Both the position numbers and the translations under genes were made by a program. A stretch of 64,000 nucleotides of DNA from Macrostomum lignano (taxonomy: Eukaryota): positions 46,755 through 110,754 of the forward strand of contig NIVC01000129.1 of the NCBI GenBank assembly GCA_002269645.1. The letters run 5' to 3'. A model generated the notes under the pieces. The model was not told the DNA's origin, did no database searches, and was given only the letters and a program-made list of their open reading frames with translations. Below, in pieces: positions 1-13,900 of this stretch (positions are counted from its first letter, which is position 1; every line of letters starts with the position of its first letter).

Positions 1-185
1 TTGGGTAGATTCGAAACTGAGCTAAAATTCATCCACCTATGCATTTCAATAAGCATTCTGTGCTACTAATAGTATGTTATTGAGTCTTACAATTTTCTAT
101 GCGTATTTTAAATATTTCATAATAAAATATGAAATTTGCACTTTGTAGCATGCTAGCCTACGTTTTTTATGAGTTTGGATGGGAC

Positions 186-1112
186 AGGTCTGAGGTAGAT
201 GAGACAGTGTTGAGGCGGATATGAGACAGGGTTGGAATAGATATGAGACAGTGTTGGGGTAAATATGAGACAGTGCTGAGGTAGATATGAGACAGTGTTG
301 GGGTAGATGTGAGACAGTGTTGGGGTAGGTATGAGAGAGTGTTGAGGTAGATATGAGACAGTGTCAAGTGGATATTGGACAGTGAGAAGGAGAGAGAGGA
401 GACAGTGAGAAGGGGAGAAGAGAGTGAGAAGGAGAGAGGAGACAGTGAGAAGGAGAGAAGAGACACTCAAAGACCCTCTCTGTCTCCCTCTCAGTCATCC
501 TCTCAGTCTCCCTCTCAGTCACCCTCTCAGTCTCCCTCTCAGTCTCCCTCTTAGTCTCCCTCTCAGTCTCCCTCTTAGTCTCCCTCTCAGTCTCCCTCTC
601 TGTCTCCCTCTCTGTCTCCCTCTCAGTCTCCCTCTTAGTCTCCCTCTCAGTCTCCCTCTCAGTCTCCCTCTCTGTCTCCCTCTCAGTCACCCTCTCTGTC
701 TCCCTCTCAGTCACCTTCTCACCCTCATGCTAGCCTACGTTTCTATGAGTTCGTATGAGACAGTGTTGGGTAGATATGGGACAGTGAGAAGGGGAGAAGA
801 GACCATGAGAAGGAGAGGAGAGACAGTGAGAAGGAGAAGGAGAGAAGAGACGGTGAGAAGGAGAGAAGAGACCATGAGAAGGAGAGGAGAGACAGTGAGA
901 AGGAGAAGGAGAGAAGAGACGGTGAGAAGGAGAGAAGAGACGGTGAGAAGGAGAGAAGAGACAGTGAGAATGAGAGAAGAGACGGTGAGAAGGAGAGAAG
1001 AGACAGTGAGAAGGAGAGAAGAGACAGTGAGAAGGAGAGAAGAGACGGTGAGAAGGAGAGAAGAGACAGTGAGAAATAAAGAAGGGACAGTGAGGAGAGC
1101 GGAGACAGTTGG
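186..1112. repeat. Compound minisatellites (22-bp, 21-bp, 12-bp units)
   Basis: GATATGAGACAGTGTTGGGGTA; GAGACAGTGAGAAGGAGAGAA; CAGTCTCCCTCT. Confidence 0.85.
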
Positions 1113-1789
1113 AGAGAGAGTTTGTCAGAGAAAGCTGCCCAGGAACTGCGGATCTCACAAAAGGGATTTCTATAAACACGACTGATGGCGGGGGGGTGAC
1201 TCTGAAGCGATGTTGCAGCAGCCCGCGACGCCTCATGAGGCAAGGACAAAGGGCGGCAGTCACCGTTGCAAATCCGCTTTCGCGCAGAGCAGAGCAAGTT
1301 TTTACTTGCTACCTCATTTCCTGCGAGTGCTAGGAGTTTGAGTACCTGCTGGCAGTGTGGGGAGAATTCTCCCACCGCATCATCGGCTTAAGCCCGCTCA
1401 GGACTGACTGAGCCAGGTGTGCCTGACTACCACCAGCTTTCGGTGGGTGGAACAAAACGGTGGAGAACTTTTTTGTTGTTTTATTTAAGAGAAAGAGTAG
1501 TTCCCGAAAGAGAGGAAAAGATTGCTTTGGGGATTCTTTGGCAATTAATATTCAGGATTTCTGTTGTGCCAAGCGATGAGGCTCTTTGTTCTTTCCGTGT
1601 GGAACTGCCCTGAAATTGCGGGCCTAACAGGTGTGACTGTGGAAACACTGTGAAAGCATTTATTGAGACTGGGCGGAATGAAGTGTTTTGAATTTAGAAA
1701 CTCGAATGGGATTTAGAAAAACTGGTAGACTTTTATTTTCAGATATATAGGTAGATTGATTATTGGATTTGATAGGTTTGATTGATAAG

Positions 1790-2530
1790 TAGATAAGGTA
1801 GATTTACAGGTAGATGATAGGTAGATTGATTGGTAAATTGGTTGGTAGATTAACAGGCAGATTGGCAGGTAGATTGGCAGGTAGATTGGCAGGTAGATTG
1901 GCAGGTAGATTGGCAGGTAGATTGACAGGTAGATTGGCAGGTAGATTGACAGGTAGATTGACAGGTAGATTGGCAGGTAGATTGGCAGGTAGATTGGCAG
2001 GTAGATTGGCAGGTAGATTTTAGGTAGATTGGCAGGTAGATTGGCAGGTAGATTGGCAGGTAGATTGGCAGGTAGATTGGCAGGTAGATTGGCAGGTAGA
2101 TTGGCAGGTAGATTTTAGGTAGATTGGCAGGTAGATTGGCAGGTAGATTGGCAGGTAGATTGGCAGGTAGATTTTAGGTAGATTGGCAGGTAGATTGGCA
2201 GGTAGATTGGCAGGTAGATTTTAGGTAGATTGGCAGGTAGATTGACATGTAGATTGACAGGTAGATTGACAGGTAGATTGGCAGGTAGATTGACACGTAG
2301 ATTGACAGGTAGATTGGCAGGTAGATTGGCAGGTAGATTGGCAGGTAGATTGGCAGGTAGATTGGCAGGTAGATTGGCAGGTAGATTGGCAGGTAGATTG
2401 GCAGGTAGATTGGCAGGTAGATTTTAGGTAGATTGGCAGGTAGATTTTAGGTAGATTGGCAGGTAGATTGACAGATAGATTGACAGGTAGATTGACAGGT
2501 AGATAGAAAGGTAGATTGACAGGTAGATAG
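1790..2530. repeat. 12-bp minisatellite
   Basis: (GGCAGGTAGATT)n. Confidence 0.95.
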
Positions 2531-2859
2531 GCAGCTCCAGCAAAGCACTGGGCTCACAGGCAGGCAGGGGGGCCACCCGGGGGTGCTGAAAGCTAGCGGC
2601 AAAATTCTTCGCCAACATTTTAAAAAGCACGCCTCGGCTGCAGACTCCCCGCGTAGCGTCATCAGCTCAGCCTCAAAGTTGGTTAATTTCGAATCTGTCA
2701 GTTTCGCGTGCTCGGTACTTGAGCAGGTCGGGGCCGGGGCGCTTCTTTTTATAGACAGATTGCGCGATGACGCCCGTTTCTTTGTTCATTTTATCAATTG
2801 TTTTAGCATTATTTACTTCAAGCATTCTTCCAGCCTCTCCCGCATCACTCTCTTCACAC

Positions 2860-3570
2860 TCCCATCCCCCTCTTCCTTCATCTCCCTCTCTCCCTTCATC
2901 TCCCTCTCTCCCTTCATCTCCCTCTCTCCCTAAATCTCCCTCTCTCCCTTCATCTCCCTCTCTCCCTTCATCTCCTTCTTTCCCTTCATCTCCCTCTCTC
3001 CCTTCATCTCCTTCTTTCCCTTCATCTCCTTCTCTCCCTTCATCTCCTTCTCTCCCTTCATCTTCCTCTCTCCCTTCATCTCCCTCTCTCCCTTCATCTC
3101 CCTCTCTCCCTTCATCTCCTTCTCTCCCTTCATCTCCCTCTCTCCCTTCATCTCCTTCTCTCCTTTCATCTCCCTCTCTCCCTTCATCTCCTTCTCTCCC
3201 TTCATCTCCCTCTCTCCCTTTATCTCCTTCTTTCCCTTCATCTCCCTATCTCCCTTCATCTCCCTCTCTCCCTTCATCTCCTTCTTTCCCTTCATCTCCC
3301 TCTCTCCCTTTATCTCCTTCTCTCCCTTCATCTCCCTCTCTCCCTTCATCTCCTTCTGTCCTTTCATCTCCCTCTCTCCCTTCATCTCCTTCTCTCCCTT
3401 CATCTCCCTCTCTCCCTTTATCTCCTTCTTTCCCTTCATCTCCCTATCTCCCTTAATCTCACTCTCTCCCTCCATCTCCCTCTCCCCCTTCATCTCCCTC
3501 TCTCCCTTCATCTCCCTCTCTCCCTTCATCTCCCTCTCTCTCCCTTCATCTCCCTCTCTCCCTTCGTCTC
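2860..3570. repeat. 18-bp CT-rich minisatellite
   Basis: (TCATCTCCCTCTCTCCCT)n. Confidence 0.95.
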
Positions 3571-4295
3571 CGATCTCTCCCTCTATTTTTCCGCTTTCCT
3601 CTCTTCCTGCATCTTCCCTCTTCTCATCTGCTTGCACCTCTGTATCTCCCTCAACCCTCCTCCCGCTTCTCCTTTTCGGGTCTCTCATTGCTTAATTCCT
3701 TTTTCGCTCCGACTCTCCCTCACTAAAATACTTTCTGCTTTTTTGTCTCCATATTCCCCGCCTTGAATCCCTTTCTCTCAGTTAGAATCCCCTCTCTAAA
3801 AACCTATTTCCTCGAGATTGTTTCTTTTGTAAAGAGACCTCTGCTCTCAATGCCCTCCATTAAAAATCAATTTGTAAAGAGGGCCACATTTCAATTTGCC
3901 TCTCATTAAGGCCACCATTTTTTGAATATCAAAACAAAATTTAAAAGGAATACTTGATGAAGCATCAGGTTGTAGGAAAACAAGTCACATAGGTGCAGGC
4001 CACCGATCAGAGAGTGGAGGTCGCTCTCAAATGCAATAAATTACTGAGAGCCCCACTACAGAGCTGTCAATCACTGAGCAGTCTAATCAGATAGAACTGC
4101 ATAGAGGTGCGCTCTCAAGGCCACTGTACATAGCAGGCAGAAATGTGCACCGTGTTGAGCACGCAGTTTGGCCAATCGGCGCCTGAGACCATATTTCCAG
4201 GTATTGCTTCTTATAGTAAAAGCAGAAGATAATCTCTAGCACTGCTAAGTAACTCATCTGTACTCAGCCACAGCCGTAAGAATCCAAATCAGCTC

Positions 4296-4420
4296 ATGTC
4301 GCACCTTGAAGCGCAGTCGATGCAGGTGAATCAAATCGAGGAAAGTTTTGGCGTCATCGGCGATTTGCTGCACTTTCCGCAGCTGCACAGGCACAGGAGC
4401 CGCCGGCACACCCTGGCCAT
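4296..4420 (+). CDS. PDE4: PDE4 alternative first exon A (MSHLEAQS...RSRRHTLA)
   Basis: ATG 4296, 125 nt, phase-2 donor AT|GTGAGT matching the phase-2 acceptor at 14385; joins as RRHTLAI-FDEN, like the RRHxxxxFD pattern upstream of UCR1 in PDE4 long forms. Confidence 0.75.
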
Positions 4421-4797
4421 GTGAGTCCACAGTCCACAGACAGAGAGACAGGTGGACAAAACAGTACTGTCAGTTGTAGCTTAACTGCTTTCTTGCCAGA
4501 TAGCTTTGTTAATCTCCGTAGACCGACTGTGCGAGCAACTGAGATAAGATAAATGCAATAGTGGAATGAAACTGAGTGCCAGGTATTTCTCTATGCTTCA
4601 TTTGCCTGCTATAGAGACTCATTGACATTGCATTTTGTTCATGTCACTGTTTACTCTCCATACGAATGTGTAACTTCACTTAATAACTACACTGTTGCAA
4701 ACTCAGTGACCTGTGACAGACACTCAGACAGTCAGAAGGACAGACTGACAGACAGACACTCAGACAGACAGATAGACAGACGGACAGACAGACAGAC

Positions 4798-4828
<31 letters not shown>

Positions 4829-4867
4829 GAGCCAAACTGACAGACAGACAGACAGACAGCCAGACAA

Positions 4868-4940
<73 letters not shown>

Positions 4941-7900
4941 TGGACAGACAGACGGAAAGACAGACGGACGCTATGGCAGGCCAACCCAAACACAGTGCTA
5001 GCCAGCCAAGTGCCCATGCAGTTTAAACTGTTTGCAGTCAGATGCAACCGCAGCGCCTCAGATCAATCCGAACCTTAAAGCATTCGCTAGACAAAAATAA
5101 AATGCAAATTTATGTATATTTTTTATCAAAATTATTGCAATATATTGCACTTTGCTAAAAAATGAAAGCCACATTTCCAACAAGGCAGTTCTGTGCGCAA
5201 AAATATAAAAATAAAAAAAAGATAAGAAAACGTCTATTCAAGCCTACTTTAAGTAGGCAATGGATTTAGTTCGCTCGTACCTTGCAACAAAAAAGTAAAA
5301 TAATTAAATAAGATATTATCATCCTCTAAAATATACAAATTAAAGTGCTCATTTTTAAATAGGAAAGTTGCAACGTAATAAATCATCGAACGTTAAACAA
5401 AAAATCGCACTCGATCAGAGTGGAAAATGACGTCCACTCTGTCCAATAGAAAATGGCACTCTATCCAATAGAAAATGGCACTCTATCCAATAGAAAATGG
5501 CACTATTTCCAAGAGAAAATGGCACTCTTTACAATAGTAAAATGGCACTCTATCCAATAGAAAATGGCACTTTCTCCAATAGAAATGGCACTCTATCTAA
5601 TAGAAAATGGCAATATTTCCAATAGAAAATGGCACTCTATCCAATAGAAAATGGCACTCTATCCAATAGAAAATGGCACTTTTTCGAAGAGAAAATGGCA
5701 CTCTTTCCAATAGAAAATGGCACTCTTTCCAATAGAAAATGGCACTCTATCCAATAGAAAATGGCACTTTTTTCAATAGAAAATGGCACTCTTTGCAATA
5801 GAAAATGGCACTCTATCCAATAGAAAATGGCACTTTTTTCAATAGAAAATGGCACTCTTTGCAATAGAAAATGGCACTCTTTGCAATAGAAAATGGCACT
5901 CTTTGCAATAGAAAATGGCACTCTTTGCAATAGAAAATGGCACTCTTTGCAATAGAAAATGGCACTCTTTGCAATAGAAAATGGCACTCTTTGCAATAGA
6001 AAATGGCACTCTTTGCAATAGAAAATGGCACTCTTTATAATAGAACATGGCAGTCTTTCCAACAGAAAAAGGCATTCTTTCCAATAGAAACTGGCAAGTA
6101 CAGAGGTATAGACCCGAGGCAGAGGACTCACGTCAGAAAGGCAAATCTTAAACAGTATGCAAGAACAATACACAAGAGTCAGAGGTACACGGGCGGTGGC
6201 CTTTCTCGCACCCAGCTCTCCGCCTCTTTCTCTCCCACGCACACCAGTGAGGTTTTTGTTGAAAGCTGCAACACGCAGCAAGAACCTGACACAAAGTTAC
6301 TCCATCCATCGCTCTCACTTTTCGAAATTGTTATTTGTTAATAAATTCTTAGCTGTTTGGAATTGAGTCGAAATAAAAACAGAAAACGAAACTGGAAATG
6401 AGTTCTAAAATTGTTCCTAAAACTGCGTGACTCGCCATGGCTTCGAATAAATTTATCAGCCTGTTGAGCGTGCCGACTGTCTCCATTGGCAACTCATCAC
6501 CTGGCAGGGGAGGAGCCAGACACCGCCTGACGCTTAGGAGGCATTCGGCCAGCACCTGGTAGCTTGGGATGCGACTTGGAACTTGGCAACTAACTTTGAT
6601 TGCCTTTCTTTTCTGGTGTGTCTTTTTGCCCCCCTGTCTGACACAATTTGATGCGTCTTTCCGCTCCCTGTCTGACACATCTTGGTGTGTCTTTTTGCCC
6701 CCCCTGTCTGAAACATTTTGGTGCGTCTTTCCGCCCCCTGTCTGACACAATTTACTGCGTCTTTCCGCCCCCTGTCTGACACATTTTGGTGTGTCTTTCC
6801 GCCCCCCTGTCTGACACATTTTGGTGCGTCTTTCCGCCCCCCTGTCTGACACAATTTAGTGCGTCTTTCCGCCCCCCTGTCTGACACATTTTGGTGCGTC
6901 TTTCCGCCCCCCCCTGTCTGACACATTTTGGTGCGTCTTCCCCCCCCCCTGTCTGACACATTTTGGTGCGTCTTCCCCCCCCCCTGTCTGACACATTTTG
7001 GTGCGTCTTCCCCCCCTGTCTGACACATTTTGGTGCGTCTTCCCTCGCTGTCTGACACATTTTGGTGCGTCTTCCCTCGCTGTCTGACACATTTTGGTGC
7101 GTCTTCCCTCGCTGTCTGACACATTTTGGTGCGTCTTTCCGCCCCCCCCCCCTGTCTGACACATTTTGGTGCGTCTTCCCTCGCTGTCTGACACATTTTG
7201 GTGCGTCTTTCCGCCCCCCCCCCTGTCTGACACATTTTGGTGCGTCTTCCCTCGCTGTCTGACACATTTTAATGCGTCTTTCCGCCCCCCTCTGTCTGAC
7301 ACATTTTGGTGCGTCTTCCCCCCCCTGTCTGACACATTTTGGTGCGTCTTCCCCCCCCCCTGTCTGACACATTTTGGTGCGTCTTCCCTCGCTGTCTGAC
7401 ACATTTTGGTGCGTCTTCCCTCGTTGTCTGACACATTTTGGTGCGTCTTTCCGCCCCCCTGTCTGACACAATTTAGTGCGTCTTTCCGCCCCCCTTATCT
7501 CTTCCACATTCCGCCTTCACTTGACACCCTCTGACAATATCCTAAACTTGTGGCCCAAAACGGTCGCATTGAACTTAGTTGAAATTTTGCACTTTTTCGC
7601 ATAAAAACAGTGCACTTTCTGTTGCTTAGTTTCGATTTGAAATGATAGCGTCAGAGTCAGATGGAAAATATATTAAAGCAGCGATATTTCAGAGCCCAGT
7701 AGAGATCGAATGACCCGAACTCGGGGCGTGTGAAGTGCTCTAGCTGCTCAGCGGGTGGTTTCGAATGTTTCTCTAATTCGCTGCTTCGTGAGTTTCCACT
7801 GGTTTGCTGCATTCGGCCGTCATAAAATATGCAATAAAGTTTTCATAATTAAATGCTTTAGTGAAGTGCATTTCTTAGCTTTTGCACTACTCATAGTAGC

Positions 7901-10900
7901 TAGCGAGTAGAGAAAAATTTCTAAAATTCTCCTTTTTCTCACTCTGTTTCCAGTATAGCAAAAATATTATCACTGCATAATGCAATTTTCTATTCTCTGT
8001 GTTCTCCATGTCTTTCCCTTTAGGATTTTGTCTCACTTTCTCCCTCTGGTGTCTACCTCACTCCCTTGGTGTCTACCCCACTCCCTTGTTGTCTACCTCA
8101 CTCCCTCTGTTCTCTACATCACTCCCTCTGGTGTCTACCTCACTCCCTTTGGTGTCTACCCAACTCCCTTGGTGCCTACCTCACTCCCTTTGGTGTCTAC
8201 CTCACTCCCTTTGGTGTCTACCTCTCTCCCTCTGGTGTCTACCTCTCTCCCTCTGGTGTCTACCTCACTCCCTTTGGTGTCTACATGTACATCTCTCCTT
8301 CTGGCGTCTACCTCTCTCCCTTTGGTGTCTCCCTCTCCCTCTGGTGCCTACCTCTCTCTGGTGTCTACCTCTTCTCCCTTTGGTGTCTCCCTCTCCCTCT
8401 GGTGTCTACCTCTCTCCCTCTGGTGTCTACCTCTTCTCCTTCTGGTGTCTACCTCTCTCCCTCTGGTGTCTACCTCTCTCCCTCTGGTGTCTAACTCTCT
8501 CCCTCTGGTGTCTACCTCACTCCCTTTGGTATCTACCTCTTTCCCTGTTTACGAGTAGCTATAATAATACCCTGGTCAGGAGTTCAAAAAGTTAATTAAC
8601 TAATCTTATAATTAACTAACTACTTAAACCCTATAGGCTTCCCAACACGATAGCTGCGATTTTTAGTCACAAGAGAGACCCTATAGTTTGTCAGAGTAAC
8701 TTGCTGACTAACCTCAACGAAAGCAGAGTTCTCAATTAGATATAGTTACTAGCTGATTTAATTAACAGAACACACAAGTGCAAGCGGATTGTATCGGTAT
8801 GCACACTGTTCTGAGCTCTTTTATGTAGTTATGGTGCCCTTGGCCGCTGCTGAAGAGCCAGGAAGTGCACTCCATTGCCTATGAATGAATCCGAGTGATT
8901 ACAATGAATGTACACTCTCAATCTCAATCAATGCGCTCATTCCCCCCCCCCTGCTCTCTGAATAATACACGTAATTATAATAATATTTCAATCACCGCAC
9001 AGAGGGAGAGAGAGGGGGGTCTGGCGGAGAGTTAGAGAGCAATAAAGTTTGGCGGAGAGTGAAGTGGCGGCGCTGTGTGTGTAAGGCCGTAGATATACGC
9101 TCGTAATTAAAAAGCGCATGGGGATTGCACTCTGGCTATAAGCTATTTGAAATGGACTCTCCTGACCTCGCGACGTCGCCGGAGTCGCCTCAGTCTCAGC
9201 CTCAGCAGCAGCAGCTGGGATCCATCGGTTTGGTAGCCAGCAGGAAAACGGTGTACCTGCAGCATCGCAGCTCGTCCGCGCCATCATCTTCAGCAAGCAG
9301 CCAGCAGCAGCCAGGGTTGTCGCTGCTGGGCAGGAGAACCTCCCCAATGGCTGCTGCGGGTTGTAATAGCCATCGGAGGCGATCAAATTTTAGAATTGTT
9401 AGAAACAGGTAAGAGACTATTATTTTTTGCAGTTCCTAAGGTCCTACAGTTCCTAAGGTCCTACAGTTCCTAGGGTCCTGTGGTTCCTATGGTCTTCTGG
9501 TTCCTAAGGTCCTGTGGTTCATAAGATCCTCTGGTTCCTAAGGTCCTGTGGTTCCTAAGGTCCTGTGATTCCTAAGATCCTGTGGTTACTAAGGTCTTGT
9601 TGGTTCCTAAGGTCCAGTGGTTACTAAGGTCCTGTGGTTCCTAAGGTCTTTTGGTTACTAAGGTCCTGTGGTTCCTAAGGTCTTTTGGTTCCTAAGGTCT
9701 TGTTGGTTCCTAAGGTCCAGTGGTTTTCTAAGGTCTTTTGGTTTCTAAGGTCTTGTTGGTTCCTAAGCCTAAGGTTCAGTGGTTTTCTAAGGTCCTATTG
9801 GTTCCTAAGGTCCTGTGGTTACTAAGGTCAAGTGGTTCCTAAGGTCCAGTGATTTTTAAGGTCCAGTGGTTTCTAAGGCCCTGTAGTTTCTAAAGTCCTA
9901 CAGTTCCTAAGGTCCTGTGGTTCCTAAGGTCCTACAGTTCCTAGGGTCCTACAGTACCTAAGGTCCTACAGTTCCTAAGGTCCTGTGGTTCCTAAGGTCC
10001 TACAGTTCCTAGGGTCCTACAGTACCTAAGGTCCTACAGTTCCTAAGGTCCTACAGTTCCTAAGGTCCTACAGTTCCTAAGGTCCTACAGTTCCTAAGGT
10101 CCTACAGTTCCTAAGGTCCTACAGTTCCTAAGGTCCTACAGTTCCTAAGGTCCTACAGTTCCTAAGGTCCTACAGTTCCTAAGGTCCTACAGTTCCTAAG
10201 GTCCTACAGTTCCTAAGGTCCTACAGTCTAAGGTCCTGTGGTTCCTAAGGTCCTGTGGTTCCCAAGGTCCTACAGTTCCTAAGGTCCTACAGTTCCTAAG
10301 GTCCTACAGTTCCTAAGGTCCTACAGTTCCTAAGGTCCTACAGTTCCTAAGGTCCTACAGTCTAAGGTCCTGTGGTTCCTAAGGTCCTGTGGTTCCTAAG
10401 GTCCTGTGGTTCCTAAGGTCCTACAGTTCCTAAGGTCTTACAGTTCCTAAGGTCTTACAGTTCCTAAGGTCCTACAGTCTAAGGTCATTATATTCATTAG
10501 ATTAGCTAACAAATGCAGGCTAAAGGAGCAGACACACACACTCTCACTCACACACGCAGTAAGTGCCAAGCTGCAGTACTCCGACAGACAGTCCACCATG
10601 TGCCGCGAACTGCATATGCTTGAAGTTTGCGGTGCGGCCATCGGCGGAGAGTCGTTCAAGCTCGATTCGATCTTCTCTCTTTCCCTTTTCCTTCCTTCCC
10701 CTTTATGCGCCAATTAAGAGCTGACGAGCCGAATACGAGCAGCGTTCGCGGATCGAAACCCATAAAGGACTGGCACAGTGGCCTCTGATTGGATTATATA
10801 AAGGTAGCTTAGCAACCTTCAACTAGCTTAACTGCTAATTTTTAGGAGCGTCAGGCCTAGAAGTGTGTCCTGTAGAACTCAGTAAATTGTGTGCTTTTTA

Positions 10901-13900
10901 AAAATCAATAAATGTCCGCAAGTTCCGGACGGCGTCAGGTAAGAATGGCTCGGACGGAGAGCGTGCACGGCTCCGTGGCAGTGCGAAAGCCCACTGCCGT
11001 AGCCCGGCTCAGGGCCAACTGGGAGAGGACAGTCAGGTGAGAATCAATAATACTGGAGATAAGATGCTTGAGATAAGATACTGGAGATAAGATGCTAGAG
11101 ATAAGATACTGGAGATAAGATGCTAGAGATAAGATACTGGAGATAAGATACTAGTGATAAGATACTAGAGATAAGATGCTAGAGATAAGATACTGGAGAT
11201 AAGATGCTTGAGATAAGATACTGGAGATAAGATACTAGAGATAAGACACTAGAGATAAGACACTAGAGATAAGACACTAGAGATAAGATACTAGCGATAA
11301 GATACTAGCGATAAGACACTAGCGATAAGATACTAGCGATAAGATACTAGCGATAAGACACTAGCGATAAGATACTAGCGATAAGATACTAGCGATAAGA
11401 CACTAGAGATAAGACACTAGAGATAAGACACTAGAGATAAGACACTAGAGATAAGATACTAGCGATAAGATACTAGCGATAAGACACTAGAGATAAGATA
11501 CTAGCGATAAGATACTAGCGATAAGACACTAGCGATAAGATACTAGCGATAAGACACTAGCGATAAGATACTAGCGATAAGATACTAGCGATAAGACACT
11601 AGAGATAAGACACTAGCGATAAGACACTAGCGATAAGACACTAGAGATAAGATACTAGCGATAAGACACTAGAGATAAGATACTAGCGATAAGACACTAG
11701 AGATAAGACACTAGAGATAAGATACTAGCGATAAGACACTAGAGATAAGACACTAGCGATAAGACACTAGAGATAAGACACTAGAGGTAAGATACTAGCG
11801 ATAAGACACTAGCGATAAGACACTAGAGATAAGATACTAGCGATAAGATACTAGCGATAAGACACTAGAGATAAGATACTAGCGATAAGATACTAGAGAT
11901 AAGACACTAGAGATAAGACACTAGAGATAAGACACTAGCGATAAGACACTAGCAAGACACTAGAGATAATTGATGCTATCGATAAGATACAACAGAAAGG
12001 ATACTATGCTCATATATGCAAGACAGTGTAGCCAGATCAGAGATAAATAACATTTGATACCGAATATCTGAGGCAGGAATAAAGCCACTAAAAAGGTACT
12101 TTACCCCAGTCTCAGTGGCCTCAGATCCCAGTAAATAAGATTGGGCAGGCATCCTGCAAGGGTGATAAATGCTGTCAAATGTAGGGCTAAGCCGCTAACT
12201 AAATCTAAGCTATTAAATATTGCAGGATTAGCTGCTGCCAGTCTAACCGCTGTGAAATGAACACGAATCGACAGGTGGGAGGCAGGGGACTGTAGGATTA
12301 GTTTATGTCGGCATGGCTGCAAGCTTGGAGGCTATACGAGTATGTGACTTCAAAAAGACAGCAGATAGAAGCCAACAGTCAGGGGCGAGTGTGCAGGGGT
12401 TCCTTGAATCGAATAATCCCCCCCCCCTGAGCAGCGGGAAGAAAAACTGAGACCGATTCGTTGCGCGGGGACCCTGAGTCCACCTGCGCCAAAAAAGGCG
12501 AGTGTGAGCAGGAAAGCAAAAACCGACCCAGTTTCTGGCCGAGAGTCCCGCATGGGCTGCGGGAAGTCACGCGTTTGCCGTCTCGCTAGTTTCCTGCTCC
12601 TCAACACGACGCTTTTTGAGACCCACGAATTCCATTGCATATTTCATATCGAGTTGGAGACTAAAAACGAGTTAGACCTTGTGATATAGAAAATCTTCAT
12701 TACTGAAGTCGACTTCGGTAAATTATTCAATTTGAAAAAATTATTCAAGATCGAGAAAAACCATTATGTATGCATTGATTTAATTTATCGTAGAGAATGT
12801 TTTATAATCTCGAGTGTACATTGAGGGGAGTGAGAGGGTCTGATAGTCTCGAGTGTACATTGAGGGGGCCATAGAGAGAGGTTCTGATAGTCTCGAGTGT
12901 ACATTGGGGGGATAGAGAGAGTTTCTGATAGTCTCGAGTGTACATTGAAGGGAATGGAGAAAGGTTCTGATAGGCTCGGGTGTACATTGAGGGGGATAGA
13001 GAGAGGTTCTGATAGGCTCGAGTGTACATTTAGGGGGATAGAGAGAGGTTCTGATAGGCTCGAGTGTACATTTAGGGGGATAGAGAGAGGTTCTGATGGG
13101 CTCGAGTGTATATTGAAGGGAATAGAGAAAGGTTCTGATAGGCTCGAGTGTACATTGAGGGGGATAGAGAGAGTTTCTGATATGCTCGAGTGTACATTTA
13201 GGGCGATAGAGAGAGGTTCTGATAGGCTCGAGTGTGCATCGAGGGAGAGAGAGAGGGTCTTATAGTCTGGAGTGTACATTCAGAGAGGATAGAGAGGGTG
13301 TTTAAGCTTGGAAGTAAGCTATGGTTAGTTTTTTACGAACTGAAAATCTGACCTTCGGGTTTTTAATTTAGAAAAGAGTGCCAGCATGAATTTCTGAGTG
13401 CAGCTGAGGCGTCTCAGAGCAACGTCAGGGCTGACCTGTCGTCCCCTTGCTGCAGCAAGAAGCTGCTTCTTCTCCACCTTTTACGTCTTGGCGATTATGG
13501 AATTATATTTCAAACATGGAAAATAATTGCTCACCTGAAGGAGCAGAAGAAGGAGGCCTTGAATGCCTATTTTATTTCTCATAGCTAGAGTATGAGCTTC
13601 AAGATTATTAAGTTAAATAATGCAAGCCTATATTAATAGTATTTTGCATTTTATTTCTGGTCACTATCACTTTCATAAGCAACACATGCTTACTTCTTTT
13701 GGTGATTTAATCTGATCATAAAGTCTGGTCATAACGGTCATAACATCTACGAGTAATAGCATAATCTGGTCATAGAATCTGTTCATGGCATGTGGTCAGA
13801 ATCTAGTCATACAATCGGGTCTTAGAATCTGGTCATATGATCTAATCATAAAATCTGGTAAAATCATGGCATCTGGTTTTGGCATCTGTTCATAGAATCT

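Noticed and set aside
1109-1613. GC-rich island as a further PDE4 exon
   Set aside because: No phase-2 donor or PDE4 similarity found; cannot be supported.
2531-2760. GC-rich island (KILRQHFKKHASAADSPRS) as an exon
   Set aside because: Only phase-0 weak donors found and no homology.
153-3688. Long ORFs such as 424-1185, 2767-3456 and 2930-3688
   Set aside because: Translations of stop-free tandem repeats; open on several frames and both strands, with no splice or codon evidence.
5440-7496. Regular arrays resembling CRISPR
   Set aside because: Units are contiguous with no unique spacers; eukaryotic context and no cas genes. The same applies to all arrays here.
12551-12600. MGCGKSR, an N-acylation-like start, as a PDE4 first exon
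   Set aside because: No convincing GT donor in the required phase.
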